From an uncultured Muribaculaceae bacterium (GTDB taxonomy: Bacteria > Bacillota_I > Bacilli_A > RF39 > UBA660), in contig CAYWFZ010000003.1 of NCBI GenBank assembly GCA_964458035.1, positions 8,297 through 72,296 on the forward strand: a DNA stretch of 64,000 nucleotides, given 5' to 3'. The notes beneath the pieces were generated by a model that saw only the letters and a list, made by a program, of their open reading frames with translations, had not been told where the DNA came from and did not search any database. The position numbers and the translations under genes are program-made. Positions 52,620 through 63,173 of this stretch are shown here, in pieces. How positions within the stretch are numbered: the stretch's first letter is position 1; each line of letters starts with the position of its first letter.

Positions 52620-53054
52620 ATGAAAAAAGTTAAAATATCACCAGAAGAGTTAGAACAAATGTCACATGCAGATGTAGCAAATATTGTCTTAAAAGAAAAT
52701 GGCAAGAAGATGACTATCCAAGATCTATTTAAAGAAGTAATAAGAATAATGGATCTTCCAGAAAGCTATTTTGAAAGCAAAATTGGTGATTTTTTTGGAT
52801 TATTATCCACTGATAAAAGATTTATAATGTTAGAAAAAGGTTTTTGGGACCTAAAAGAGAATCATTCAACAAAAGTAGTAATCGAAGACGAAGAAGAGGA
52901 AGAAGAAATTGTAGTTGATGACGAAGAAGAACTAGATGAAGAAGAGGAAGAAGAAATCAACTATGACGATGACACTGTTGATGATGACGATGACGATGAT
53001 GATTTAAAAGATTTAGTTATCATGGATGAGGGTACCGAAGAAGATATGATGTAA
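52620..53054 (+). CDS. rpoE: RNA polymerase delta subunit
   Basis: N-terminal HARE-HTH-like domain (...MTIQDLFKEV...FWDLKEN), then a 60-residue poly-E/D tail typical of Firmicute RpoE. AGGAGG RBS. Confidence 0.75.
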   Translation: MKKVKISPEELEQMSHADVANIVLKENGKKMTIQDLFKEVIRIMDLPESYFESKIGDFFGLLSTDKRFIMLEKGFWDLKENHSTKVVIEDEEEEEEIVVDDEEELDEEEEEEINYDDDTVDDDDDDDDLKDLVIMDEGTEEDMM

Positions 53055-53085
53055 ATAACCATTATATAAGAAAGAGAGGTGTCCT

Positions 53086-54141
53086 ATGCTAGAGAGATTA
53101 GAGATTATATATAATCGTTATAAAGAGGTTGAAGCTGAACTTAATTCGCCAGATGTATTAAATGATTATACCAAGATGACAAAACTATCTAAAGAAAAAG
53201 CGGATTTAGAAGTAACTGTTGAGAAATATGAGGAGTATAAGAAAATTACTGACGAAATAGAAGAACTAAAAGAATTAATTAATGATCCCGAAATGGGTGA
53301 AATGGCTTCCCTTGAGTTAGAAGAAAAACAAGCAAGATTGCCAATACTTACCCATGAAATAGAAGTACAACTTATTCCAAAAGATGAAAATGATGGAAAA
53401 GATATTATTATGGAAATTCGTGGTGCAGCAGGTGGAGATGAAGCTAATATATTTGCTGGAGATCTTTATAGAATGTATACTAGGTATGCTGAAAAACAAG
53501 GTTGGAAAACAGAAGTATTAAATGCTGCTGAAGGAACAAGTGGGGGATATTCACAAATTGAATTTTCTATAAAGGGCGAAAGTGTTTATTCTAAGTTAAA
53601 GTTTGAAAGCGGATCTCACCGCGTTCAAAGAGTTCCAACGACCGAATCTCAAGGAAGAATACAGACATCCACTGCTACAGTTGCTGTTATGCCAGAAGCA
53701 GAAGATATTGATTTCGAACTTGATATGAACGAAATTAGAATCGACATCACTCGTTCATCTGGTTGTGGAGGACAAGGAGTAAATACAACTGATTCAGCTG
53801 TTAGATTAACTCACATACCAACTGGTATAATTGTCTATAGTCAAACAGAAAGAAGTCAAATTAAAAATAAAGAGATTGCTCTTAAAATAATGAAAACACG
53901 TCTATATGACTTAAAATTAAGAGAAAAAGAAGAAGCTGAAGGAGAACTACGAAGAAATAAAATCGGTACAGGAGATAGAGCAGAAAAGATAAGAACATAT
54001 AACTATCCACAAAATAGAGTAACCGATCATCGTATTGGATTCAGCGTAATGAACCTTGATAAAGTCATGGATGGAGACTTAGATGCTATAATTGAAGCTT
54101 TAATAACAGAAGATCAAAGGATTAAACTTGAATCCAACTAA
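53086..54141 (+). CDS. prfA: Peptide chain release factor 1
   Basis: GGQ motif [17 protein letters not shown], PxT-type recognition region, 351 aa. Confidence 0.96.
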   Translation: MLERLEIIYNRYKEVEAELNSPDVLNDYTKMTKLSKEKADLEVTVEKYEEYKKITDEIEELKELINDPEMGEMASLELEEKQARLPILTHEIEVQLIPKDENDGKDIIMEIRGAAGGDEANIFAGDLYRMYTRYAEKQGWKTEVLNAAEGTSGGYSQIEFSIKGESVYSKLKFESGSHRVQRVPTTESQGRIQTSTATVAVMPEAEDIDFELDMNEIRIDITRSSGCGGQGVNTTDSAVRLTHIPTGIIVYSQTERSQIKNKEIALKIMKTRLYDLKLREKEEAEGELRRNKIGTGDRAEKIRTYNYPQNRVTDHRIGFSVMNLDKVMDGDLDAIIEALITEDQRIKLESN

Positions 54142-54868
54142 GCCAAACTATTTAACAGACAAAGACTGGGAATTATTAAATAATAAATATAAAAACATGC
54201 ACAGGATTATTAAAAAATTAAATAATAATTATCCTGTGCAATATTTAATTGGAGACGTTTCATTTTTCGGGTATAAAGTACTCGTTAATAAAAATGTTTT
54301 AATTCCCCGTTTTGAAACAGAAACATTAGTTGAAAAAACTATTGAATACATTAAGAAGTATAATTTATGTTCTGGCGATGTTCTAGAAATTGGAACAGGA
54401 TCAGCCTGCATACCAATTGTTTTAAAAAAAGAACTAAGTGATCTAAATATAACTTCTATAGATAAATCAAAAAAAGCTTTAAGAGTAGCCAAAAAGAATA
54501 TGATTAACAATAAGGTTAATATCAATTTAATTAAAGAAGATATATATAAATATAATCCTATCAATAAATATGATATTTTAATAAGCAATCCACCATACAT
54601 TAGTGAAGACGAAGTAATCGATGAAAAATGCAAATATGAACCTCAAATGGCTTTATATGCAAAGAATAAAGGCCTTGAGTTCTATGAGTATATAATAAAG
54701 ACGAGTATTAGATATATGAAAAGAAAAAGTTTACTTGCATTCGAGATAGGATATAAACAAGGTGCGTATTTAAAAAAGTATGCTGAAAATTACTATCCAA
54801 CTGCAAAAATAACTATCGAAAAAGACCTATCGGGAAAAGATAGATATTTATTTATAATAAATGAATAA
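54128..54868 (+). CDS. prmC: Release factor glutamine N5-methyltransferase
   Basis: NPPY motif, SAM-binding [11 protein letters not shown], immediately after prfA. Confidence 0.9.
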   Translation: MNPTKPNYLTDKDWELLNNKYKNMHRIIKKLNNNYPVQYLIGDVSFFGYKVLVNKNVLIPRFETETLVEKTIEYIKKYNLCSGDVLEIGTGSACIPIVLKKELSDLNITSIDKSKKALRVAKKNMINNKVNINLIKEDIYKYNPINKYDILISNPPYISEDEVIDEKCKYEPQMALYAKNKGLEFYEYIIKTSIRYMKRKSLLAFEIGYKQGAYLKKYAENYYPTAKITIEKDLSGKDRYLFIINE

Positions 54869-54915
54869 AATAAAAAAATTCTCCCCATTAATATAGTAGA
54901 AAGGGAGATTTTTTT

Positions 54916-55431
54916 ATGAAACGTCTATTAGTAATAGTTGCCATAATTATGACGTGTTTAATAAGCAATAAAGAAAAAGGAATAGTTATTCCTGAAAGTT
55001 CTATTAGATTTAGAGTTGTTGCCTCATCTAACACTGTAGAAGATCAAGTAAATAAAAATAAAATTAGTAAATCATTAAGTTCCTATGTTACAAGTATGAT
55101 AAAAGATGCGAAAAATAAAGAAGAAGCATCATTGATATTAAATGAAAACTATTCATCAATTGATGAATATATAAAAAACTATCTTAAAGACAATAATATA
55201 AATACAACATATAGTTTGAGTATTGGAAGAAATTATTTCGACAGAAAAAGTTATAAAGGTGTTAAATATCCATCAGGTTATTATGATTCACTTGTAGTAT
55301 CATTAGGAAATAAGCAAGGGGTTAATTGGTGGTGTGTAATGTATCCACCTCTTTGTTTAATAGATGAAAGCGCAGAAAATATAGAATATACAACTTTAGT
55401 AAAAGATATGCTAAATAGATACAATATTTAG
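54916..55431 (+). CDS. SpoIIR-like signalling protein (putative)
   Basis: Signal sequence and C-terminal NWWCVMYPPLC, which resembles the SpoIIR family signature. prfA-prmC-spoIIR neighbourhood as in B. subtilis. Confidence 0.5.
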   Translation: MKRLLVIVAIIMTCLISNKEKGIVIPESSIRFRVVASSNTVEDQVNKNKISKSLSSYVTSMIKDAKNKEEASLILNENYSSIDEYIKNYLKDNNINTTYSLSIGRNYFDRKSYKGVKYPSGYYDSLVVSLGNKQGVNWWCVMYPPLCLIDESAENIEYTTLVKDMLNRYNI

Positions 55432-55442
55432 CATATTTTTTT
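55405..55442 (+). terminator. Rho-independent terminator
   Basis: 12-bp perfect stem ATATGCTAAATA/TATTTAGCATAT (55405-55435) followed by T8. Confidence 0.7.
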
Positions 55443-55463
55443 TGTTCATTTATTAATAAAACA

Positions 55464-55492
55464 ATTGGGATGCGAATATAAATATGGTATAA
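55464..55492 (+). promoter_or_regulatory. Promoter TTGGGA-17-TATAAT
   Basis: -35 at 55464-55469 and -10 TATAAT at 55487-55492, upstream of the Mur-ligase-family gene. Confidence 0.5.
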
Positions 55493-55517
55493 TAAAAAAG
55501 ACTAAGGACGGAAAATC

Positions 55518-56960
55518 ATGAATAAAATGAATCTTGAAGAATTAAGCAGAGTAGTTCCTATAATAGCAATTAACAATGTTGAGTTAACGGATGAATTTGA
55601 TTATTTTAGAATCGTCTCGTTAGAAAAAAATAAATATGATAAATTAGCAAAAAACCCATTGTTCTTTTTTTCATACAGTTTAGAAAGCGAAGTTAATGAT
55701 GGCTGGTATCCAAAAGATTTTGATTTAAGAAAAAAAGCCAATGATATAATTAAGAATAATCCCAATATGACTTTCGTCATAGAAGAGGGAATGGTTGATT
55801 CAATTGAAAATAAAAATGCAAAATTTATTGTAGTTCCAAGTATAAGTGATGCCATAGATAGATTATTTGAATATACTAAGAATAAATTTAAACCAAATGT
55901 CGTAGGAGTAACAGGAAGTGTTGGTAAAACAACAACAGTCGGACTAATTGAATCCGTGTTAAAAGAAAAATATAAAGTACTTAGAATATATTCCAAAAGG
56001 ATTACCCCTATAATATTAAAAGCTAATATTATTAATTTCTTAGATGAAAAAATAGATTATATTGTATTAGAGTACTCAATATATTATCATGATCATGTAA
56101 AAATATTAAGTACACTTTTACCACCAACTATTGCATGTATGTTAAATATTTCATCATCTCATATGGGAGTAGATACACTTAATACATTAGATGATATATG
56201 CGTTAATAAAGCGGAAATATTAAGGTATGCTAGATTGGGTATAATTAATATTGATGACGAATATTTGAGAAAACTAATATTTTCTGATTATGGAATTGAG
56301 TATCATGGAGACGTACTATTTGAATCGTATTTAGATTATATTGATATGGTAACGCCTACAGATATAGAAGTAGATGGAGATGAAATAAAAATAAATGAAA
56401 TACTAAAAGTAAAACCTTTTATTTTAAGTAAGTTAGCCAAAACTCAGTATAAAATTGCTGGAGAAGTGGGTCTTCTTTGTGGACTATCAAAGGAAGAAAT
56501 TGAACGTGGTTTAAATAGCTATGCACCTGTTGAAAATCGTTTAAAAAGTGAAACTGCATTTGGTAAAAATATCATATTTGATGGTGATATTACAACTTAT
56601 GAAAGAATGAAAGAACTATCAGACTTAGAATATGAAACTTCTTATTTAGTTATAAGGAAAGTTGGATCCAACGAAAATACTCTAAGAATTTCAAATATAA
56701 CTGATTTTTTCACTAAATTCAAACGCGTATTCATATTTGATGATATTGAATACTTGGATGAATTTAAAAATCACGAAAATGTAACAATAGTTAATAATCA
56801 TGATTTCATGAATGATTTAGATGGTAAAATAATCTATCACTACAGTGGATATTATCGTGTCTGGGACTCATTTGATGAAAATAATTTAAATATATATGAC
56901 AGAGAAAAATATCCGATAATAAAGGAAAAAGTATCAGAAAACAAAAAAAGAATTAGGTGA
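55518..56960 (+). CDS. Mur ligase family protein (MurF-like P-loop GVTGSVGKTTT)
   Basis: Central domain Walker motif VVGVTGSVGKTTTVGL, 480 aa. The N- and C-terminal domains are not confidently assignable. Confidence 0.55.
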   Translation: MNKMNLEELSRVVPIIAINNVELTDEFDYFRIVSLEKNKYDKLAKNPLFFFSYSLESEVNDGWYPKDFDLRKKANDIIKNNPNMTFVIEEGMVDSIENKNAKFIVVPSISDAIDRLFEYTKNKFKPNVVGVTGSVGKTTTVGLIESVLKEKYKVLRIYSKRITPIILKANIINFLDEKIDYIVLEYSIYYHDHVKILSTLLPPTIACMLNISSSHMGVDTLNTLDDICVNKAEILRYARLGIINIDDEYLRKLIFSDYGIEYHGDVLFESYLDYIDMVTPTDIEVDGDEIKINEILKVKPFILSKLAKTQYKIAGEVGLLCGLSKEEIERGLNSYAPVENRLKSETAFGKNIIFDGDITTYERMKELSDLEYETSYLVIRKVGSNENTLRISNITDFFTKFKRVFIFDDIEYLDEFKNHENVTIVNNHDFMNDLDGKIIYHYSGYYRVWDSFDENNLNIYDREKYPIIKEKVSENKKRIR

Positions 56961-56965
56961 ATTTA

Positions 56966-57667
56966 ATGAAAAGAATATTATTGCTTCATGGTTGGAATTA
57001 TCGAAATTATACATCTCAAACAAAAGAGCAGGATGCATGGCACAATAGAACTAAATTAGTTAATGAATTAGTAAAGAAATACAAGGTTTATAAAATAAAC
57101 TTTCCTGGATTCTGTGGAGAAAAAGAACCTAAGCAGGCCTGGACATTAACCGACTATGCTAAATATGTTCATACCTATTTAGAAGAAAATAATCTAAAAG
57201 TTGATTATATATTAGGTTACTCGTTTGGAGGTGCTGTAGCTATTACTTATAATCGATTGTACGATAATAATCAAAAACTGATACTTATTTCTCCTGCAAT
57301 TATTAGAAACTTTAAAAAATCAAATAATTTTATAAAGACACCAAAGGTACTTAATCCTCTAAGGAATAAAATAAGAGATTTTTATCTAATTCACAAAGTC
57401 AAGACAAATGAAATGGTTTATGGTACAAAATTCCTACGTGCAACATATCAAAATATTGTAAGAGTCGAATTACTAGATGAAGTAGAAAAAATTGATAAAA
57501 CAAGGCTAAAAATAATTTATGGAGAAAAAGACACAATGGTTAATCCTAATCGCGTTTTAGACAATATTAATAAAGAATATAAGGACAGAATATTTCTTAT
57601 AAAAGATGGCGGACATGATATTGCTAATACTCATGTTAAAGAAATAATGGAAATAATAGGTAAATAG
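56966..57667 (+). CDS. Alpha/beta hydrolase (esterase/lipase-like)
   Basis: HGWNY ... GYSFGG nucleophile elbow ... GGHD. AGGTGA RBS before the ATG at 56966. The ORF-track start at 56957 is a GTG. Confidence 0.5.
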   Translation: MKRILLLHGWNYRNYTSQTKEQDAWHNRTKLVNELVKKYKVYKINFPGFCGEKEPKQAWTLTDYAKYVHTYLEENNLKVDYILGYSFGGAVAITYNRLYDNNQKLILISPAIIRNFKKSNNFIKTPKVLNPLRNKIRDFYLIHKVKTNEMVYGTKFLRATYQNIVRVELLDEVEKIDKTRLKIIYGEKDTMVNPNRVLDNINKEYKDRIFLIKDGGHDIANTHVKEIMEIIGK

Positions 57668-57751
57668 GTGTATTTACCTATTTTCATTTCATTTACACAG
57701 CAATATTGAATAAAGTAGTATTAAATAATATAATAAAAATATAAAAATCGA

Positions 57752-59017
57752 ATGGATGATAATATGAAAAAAATGATAATAGATGGTGGTCATGATATTA
57801 GTGGTACAATCAAAATAAGTGGTGCTAAAAATTCAATAGTAGCACTTATACCAGCAAGTATATTAACTAATGGAAAATGTGTAATAAAAAATGTCCCTGA
57901 TATAAGTGATGTAAAAATACTTTTAGACACCTGTAGATATTTAGGATCAGAAATAACTTTTGAAGACGAAACTTTAATTATAGATAATAAAAATGTTGAG
58001 AATAAAGAAATAGGAGAAGAATTTGCATCAAAATTAAGGGCATCATACTATTTTATGGGGTCTCTTATAAGCAAATTTCATCATGCAAAAATAGCCTGTC
58101 CAGGAGGATGTGTAATTGGGTCAAGACCTATTGATATTCACTTAGATTCCTTTAAAAAGATGGGAATCGATATCGAAGAAACCGCAAATGAATTTATAAT
58201 GGATGTTCAAGAATTAAAAGGAAACAGATTTTATTTAAATTTTCCGTCTGTTGGAGCAACAATTAATATAATGTTAGCATCTGTCCTTGCGTCGGGTAAA
58301 ACAGTTATTGAAAATGCAGCAAAAGAACCAGAAATAGCTAATGTAGCATCATTCTTAAACTCTATGGGAGCAAAAATATTTGGTGCTGGTACTTCTAAAA
58401 TAACAATAGAAGGAGTAGAGTCACTAGCTGATGGGTTTGTAGAAGTAATTCCCGATAGGATAGAAGCAGGAACATACTTAATAATAGGTGCGCTTCTAGG
58501 AAATAATCTGAAAGTAGAAAACATAATTGAAAGCCATATAGAATCAATGTTATATAAATTAAAAGAAGCTGGAGTAGAATATACAAGTGAAAATGGTTCT
58601 ATTACAATATCAAAAGCTACTCATTTAAAGCCAATTAACATAAAAACAACCGTTTATCCAGGATTTCCAACGGATTTAGGGCAACCTATGTCAGCATTCT
58701 TAACTCAATGTGAGGGAGAGTGTATGTTTGAAGAGACAATATACGAAAACAGATTAAGACACATCCCCCATTTAAACTCTATGGGAGCAAATATAAAAGT
58801 ATTTGACAATCGCGCCCTTATAATTGGTAAAACACCTTTAAAGGGACGAAAAGTAAAAGCAACTGATCTACGTGCAGGAGCAAGTATGTTAGTTGCTGGA
58901 TTAATTGCAGAAGGTAGAACTGAGATATCTAATATTGAACACTTACTTCGTGGATATGAAAGAATAGTTGATAAATTATCACAAGTTGGTGTAAGCATAA
59001 AATTAATTGATGATTAA
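57752..59017 (+). CDS. murA: UDP-N-acetylglucosamine 1-carboxyvinyltransferase
   Basis: IDGG...ISGAKNS N-terminus, active-site Cys loop (ACPGGC) and EPT fold, 421 aa. Confidence 0.94.
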   Translation: MDDNMKKMIIDGGHDISGTIKISGAKNSIVALIPASILTNGKCVIKNVPDISDVKILLDTCRYLGSEITFEDETLIIDNKNVENKEIGEEFASKLRASYYFMGSLISKFHHAKIACPGGCVIGSRPIDIHLDSFKKMGIDIEETANEFIMDVQELKGNRFYLNFPSVGATINIMLASVLASGKTVIENAAKEPEIANVASFLNSMGAKIFGAGTSKITIEGVESLADGFVEVIPDRIEAGTYLIIGALLGNNLKVENIIESHIESMLYKLKEAGVEYTSENGSITISKATHLKPINIKTTVYPGFPTDLGQPMSAFLTQCEGECMFEETIYENRLRHIPHLNSMGANIKVFDNRALIIGKTPLKGRKVKATDLRAGASMLVAGLIAEGRTEISNIEHLLRGYERIVDKLSQVGVSIKLIDD

Positions 59018-59037
59018 ACAAAAAATGTAAAATAATA

Positions 59038-59065
59038 TTGCAAAAAGATATAAATATGCTATACT
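59038..59065 (+). promoter_or_regulatory. rpmE promoter TTGCAA-16-TGcTATACT
   Basis: -35 TTGCAA at 59038-59043 and extended -10 TGCTATACT at 59057-59065. Confidence 0.55.
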
Positions 59066-59123
59066 AAACAAGTAATGAATTTCTATAACTCGATTTATGG
59101 GTTATGGCGGAAGGAGGATTTAG

Positions 59124-59324
59124 ATGAAAAAGAATACACATCCAAATCAAGTTGAATGCACTTTTAAATGCGCATGTGGAGCAACATTCAAAGCTAAAAG
59201 CAATAAAGAAGAACAACTATTAGAAGTATGTTCAGAATGTCATCCATTCTATAAAGGAGCTACTAGTAATCGTAAGAGAACTGGTAAAATTGAACAATTC
59301 AACAAAAAATATAATCTTGATTAA
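59124..59324 (+). CDS. rpmE: 50S ribosomal protein L31 (zinc-binding type)
   Basis: MKKNTHPNQ, CACG...CSECHPFY, 66 aa, GGAGG RBS. Confidence 0.92.
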   Translation: MKKNTHPNQVECTFKCACGATFKAKSNKEEQLLEVCSECHPFYKGATSNRKRTGKIEQFNKKYNLD

Positions 59325-59329
59325 GATAG

Positions 59330-59352
59330 AACTAGCTTATGCTAGTTTTTTA
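59330..59352 (+). terminator. Rho-independent terminator of rpmE
   Basis: AACTAGC/GCTAGTT stem with a 4-nt loop, followed by TTTTTT. Confidence 0.65.
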
Positions 59353-59390
59353 ATTTGTATATTTTTGGTATAATAAATATAGGTGATGAT

Positions 59391-60389
59391 ATGGGAAAAG
59401 TAGGATACTTAGTAAAAAGGATAAAGGGAATGAACTTTAGTAATATGTTCAAAACAGTCAGTTTAGTTTCTAGCAAAACAAAAAAGCCAAAAATATTTGT
59501 TTTATTCGATATTATAAATTGTGGTTTAAGATATCAAGCAGGGTACGTTGATTATAATTTATATGAGATGTATAAAATGAATCATGCTGAAAGAAAAACA
59601 GTAATCACTAGAGGAATCAATAATGATATTATTAAAAAATATAATAATATGAATGAAGCCTATAAATTTGAAGATAAGGCATTATTTAATCATTTATTTA
59701 ATAAATATTTAAATCGTGAATGGATATATCTAAAAGAATCAAGTGTAGATGAGTTTAAGAAGTATTTAAAGAATAAAAAAGAAGTAATTGTTAAGCCATT
59801 GTCTCTATCATGCGGAAAAGGTGTAGAAAAAATAGAAGTAAAAAAATGGGATGTTCAAGAACTATATGATCATTTACTTAAAACTGATCAAACACTAGTA
59901 GAAGATGTAGCAATACAAAATAAAGTAATAAATAAAATTTATCCTCACTCAGTTAATACTATAAGAATAGTTACTTTAAATAAAGTGGTGGTTGCAGCTT
60001 TGCTTCGCATTGGAAATAAGGGAAATGTAGTTGATAATTTTAATCACGAAGGAATGGTTACGACAATTGATATTGAAACAGGTGAGATAAAATACCCGGC
60101 AATAGATAAAGCTGGAAACGTTTATAAAGTGCATCCTGAAACTAAAGTTAGTATAGTTGGAACAAAAATACCAATGTGGGATAGTGTAAAAAAATTATGC
60201 ATTGAGGCCTGCGATATTGTCCCAGAACTAGGGTATGTTGGATGGGATGTTTGCTTAGGAGAAGATAAACCATTTTTAATTGAGGGAAATGATTTCCCTG
60301 GACATGATTTATATCAGCTACCTGTTCACAGGAGTGACAACTACGGAATGTTACCACAATTTGAAAAAGCTATGAAAGAAGGAAAATAA
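59391..60389 (+). CDS. Hypothetical protein, possibly an ATP-grasp-like fold
   Basis: Likely start MGKVGY at 59391 (the ORF track starts at 59355). Assignment is tentative. Confidence 0.35.
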   Translation: MGKVGYLVKRIKGMNFSNMFKTVSLVSSKTKKPKIFVLFDIINCGLRYQAGYVDYNLYEMYKMNHAERKTVITRGINNDIIKKYNNMNEAYKFEDKALFNHLFNKYLNREWIYLKESSVDEFKKYLKNKKEVIVKPLSLSCGKGVEKIEVKKWDVQELYDHLLKTDQTLVEDVAIQNKVINKIYPHSVNTIRIVTLNKVVVAALLRIGNKGNVVDNFNHEGMVTTIDIETGEIKYPAIDKAGNVYKVHPETKVSIVGTKIPMWDSVKKLCIEACDIVPELGYVGWDVCLGEDKPFLIEGNDFPGHDLYQLPVHRSDNYGMLPQFEKAMKEGK

Positions 60390-60836
60390 ATGAAAGTTGG
60401 AATAGCAACGGATCATAATGGGGTAGAGCAAAAAAGAGAGCTAATTGAATTCTTAAAAACTCTTAATTATGAAGTAATGGATTTAAGTGAATCAAATACA
60501 CCAATAGATGATTACCCAGATTTTGCAGAAAAAGTCGCTACATGTGTAAGTAATAAGGAAATTGATCAAGGTATACTTATGTGCGGAACTGGGATAGGTA
60601 TGTCAATTGCTGCTAATAAAATTAAAGGAATAAGATGTGCTAAAGTAAGTAATACAGATGAAGCAGTTTTAGCTCGTGAACACAATGATGCAAATATAAT
60701 TGCTTTAAGCTATAAAATGACTTTAGATGAACTAAAAACAATAATTAAAGCCTATTTAGAAACAGAATTTTCTAATGACGAAAGACATATAAGAAGAATT
60801 GATAAAATTAAGAAAATAGAGGATAGAAATGTTTAA
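60390..60836 (+). CDS. rpiB: Ribose-5-phosphate isomerase B (RpiB/LacAB family)
   Basis: MKVGIATDHNG ... CGTGIGMSIAANK signature. Confidence 0.9.
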   Translation: MKVGIATDHNGVEQKRELIEFLKTLNYEVMDLSESNTPIDDYPDFAEKVATCVSNKEIDQGILMCGTGIGMSIAANKIKGIRCAKVSNTDEAVLAREHNDANIIALSYKMTLDELKTIIKAYLETEFSNDERHIRRIDKIKKIEDRNV

Positions 60837-61029
60837 ATTAATTGTATATCTAATATCGTTAATGTTATCTATATTCGCCATATCAGGACTAAATATAAAT
60901 CATATATTTAAGACTAATCATGAAAACGAAGCTAAGTGTTTTTATATCCTACTTATTATATCTTTTACATACTTAGTATCAGAGTTTATCTTTGGAATAA
61001 CTTCAATTAATTTAATGCCAAACCTTTAA
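60829..61029 (+). CDS. Possible small 2-TM membrane protein
   Basis: ORF only; overlaps the rpiB end by 8 nt. Confidence 0.3.
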   Translation: MFKLIVYLISLMLSIFAISGLNINHIFKTNHENEAKCFYILLIISFTYLVSEFIFGITSINLMPNL

Positions 61030-61084
61030 TTCGACAAATAATAGATAAAAAAAATATTACCTTATAAATAGGTGATGTTTTTTT

Positions 61085-61963
61085 ATGAAAGAATCAATTA
61101 TAAATGTGAGTATATATACAGTAATGATACTATTGCTTATCGGATACTACATGTATGTTAATTTAGAAACTAAAGAGCAAAAAACGAAGGAAGAAGTAAC
61201 AACACAAGCTAGCATAATCGAGATAAATTCGGATGAAGAATTAGAAAAATACTTAGTAGGAGTAGTCGCTTGTGAGATGCCAGCATTATATGAAGCAGAA
61301 GCATTAAAGGCTCAAGCTATAACTTCAAGAACTTATGCCTTATATCAAAGAGATGAAAAAAATGTAAGTTTAACAAATCAAGATCAATGCATAAAAACAG
61401 AAGAAGAACTTAAAGAAACTTGGAAAGATAAATATGATGAATACTATAATAGAATACAAAAAGCTGTTAATGATACAAAAGGAACTGTAATGAAAAAATA
61501 TGATAAATTGTTTAAAAGTTTCTATTTTTCAACATCGAATGGATTTACAGAAGATTCAGTAACAGTTTTTAAAGAAGGAAGTATTTCATCAGTCTCATCA
61601 CCATGGGATAAAGAAAATAAGAAATATGAAGTTGTAGTTTACTTTGAAAAAGCAAAATTAAATGAAGTATTAGGTGAATTTACCATTTTAGAAATAACAA
61701 AAAGAAACACAACCAATCACGTCGAAGAAGTAAAAGTAGATGATAAAATATACTCTGGTATTGAATTTAGAAAACTACTTAATTTAAGAAGTACAGATTT
61801 TGAAATAAATCAGGTAAACGATACTTATGAGATAAAAACTCGAGGTTATGGTCATGGAGTAGGTATGAGTCAATTTGGTGCTAATATGCTTGCTAAGGAC
61901 TCTAAAACATATGAAGAAATACTTAAATATTACTACGGTGATATAGAATTAAAAAAATATTAG
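61085..61963 (+). CDS. spoIID: SpoIID/LytB-family lytic transglycosylase
   Basis: N-terminal TM, LVGVVACEMPALYEAEALKAQAITSRTYAL (SpoIID signature) and C-terminal YGHGVGMSQ. Confidence 0.8.
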   Translation: MKESIINVSIYTVMILLLIGYYMYVNLETKEQKTKEEVTTQASIIEINSDEELEKYLVGVVACEMPALYEAEALKAQAITSRTYALYQRDEKNVSLTNQDQCIKTEEELKETWKDKYDEYYNRIQKAVNDTKGTVMKKYDKLFKSFYFSTSNGFTEDSVTVFKEGSISSVSSPWDKENKKYEVVVYFEKAKLNEVLGEFTILEITKRNTTNHVEEVKVDDKIYSGIEFRKLLNLRSTDFEINQVNDTYEIKTRGYGHGVGMSQFGANMLAKDSKTYEEILKYYYGDIELKKY

Positions 61964-62010
61964 TATAATTTAATACTTTTTGCTAACACTTTTATTAGGA
62001 AGGTGATAAA

Positions 62011-62643
62011 GTGAAGTCAAAAAAGTTAGTTGAAGTAGTAAGTTTAAGTGTTCTTATATTATCTGTAGTTGCTATTATTGGTGTAACATCATTTGTATCT
62101 AAAAATATTTTCTATGCTTTAAAAGACAATGATAATTCTTTTGTCTTAAAAGATATTGCATCGTCAGATTTACCAGTAGTGAGTGATGTAAAAAAAGTAA
62201 TTGAAAAGCCATTCAATGATGAAAAAACTAATGTTCAAATAAAATTCTACAGCAAAGACGCAACTAAAGAAGAACAAGAAAAATCTTTAATCTTGTATGA
62301 TAATACTTATATGCCAAGTACAGGAATAATATATTCAAACGAAGGCTCTTTTGATGTATTATCTGTTGCTGAAGGTAAAGTTGAAGATATTAAGCAAGAT
62401 GAAGTATTCGGTAACATTGTTACAATAAAACATAATAATAATTTAACAACCAAGTATTCAAGTATTAAAGATGTTAAAGTTAATGTGGGAGACACTGTAA
62501 ATTCTGGTGAAATAATCGGGACAAGTGGTATAAACAAAGTAACAAGTGTATCTGAAAACATGTTATACTTCGAAATGATTTATAATGGTGGATATGTTAA
62601 TCCAGAAGATTATTATAATAAAGAAATTGAAGAAATGAATTAA
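62011..62643 (+). CDS. Degenerate LytM/M23-domain protein (SpoIIQ-like; zinc ligands not conserved)
   Basis: N-terminal TM. The M23-fold region GNIVTIKHNNNLTTKYSSIKDVKVNVGDTVNSGEIIG...MLYFEMIYNGGYVNPEDY has HxxxD and HLH replaced (SNEGSFD, MLYFE). spoIID-spoIIQ adjacency as in Clostridia. Confidence 0.6.
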   Translation: MKSKKLVEVVSLSVLILSVVAIIGVTSFVSKNIFYALKDNDNSFVLKDIASSDLPVVSDVKKVIEKPFNDEKTNVQIKFYSKDATKEEQEKSLILYDNTYMPSTGIIYSNEGSFDVLSVAEGKVEDIKQDEVFGNIVTIKHNNNLTTKYSSIKDVKVNVGDTVNSGEIIGTSGINKVTSVSENMLYFEMIYNGGYVNPEDYYNKEIEEMN

Positions 62644-63173
62644 TGAATAAAGGGAATATATATATTAAAATAACGGATAAGTATATCTATACATTTTCTA
62701 AAAATAAAATAAAGAAATATGAATCTAAATATATTAAAGATGGCAAGGTGGATAATACCCACAAACTAATATTATATTTAAATAGACTTATAAACAAAAG
62801 TTTCATAAAAAAAAGATACATATTCGTGCTTGATACACTTTTATGTAACTCTGACATATTTGTTTATAAATATGTATTTGAAAACATGGGATTATTAAAC
62901 TATAAAATTATAACAGATATAGATATCTTGAAAAAACATCTAAACGAAGACAATATAATTATAATGAATTGGAGTTCGTCTATAAATTATTGTTATTTAA
63001 ACTGTAATGAAATAGTAATTAATAGATTTAATAAGAATATTATAAATCATTTAGATAAAAAGTATATATTAACTTGTGGTGATACAGAAACTCATCTGAA
63101 GTCAAATATACCTATTTATAATTATGAAGATACTGATAAGGTAATATTTAATTTTCTAAAAGAAAGTGAATAA
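62643..63173 (+). CDS. Hypothetical protein (176 aa)
   Basis: ORF only. Confidence 0.4.
   Translation: MNKGNIYIKITDKYIYTFSKNKIKKYESKYIKDGKVDNTHKLILYLNRLINKSFIKKRYIFVLDTLLCNSDIFVYKYVFENMGLLNYKIITDIDILKKHLNEDNIIIMNWSSSINYCYLNCNEIVINRFNKNIINHLDKKYILTCGDTETHLKSNIPIYNYEDTDKVIFNFLKESE

Noticed and set aside
52900-53040. GAA/GAT-rich trinucleotide tract
   Set aside because: It encodes the poly-Glu/Asp tail characteristic of RNA polymerase delta subunit RpoE. It is a coding low-complexity region, not a separate repeat element.
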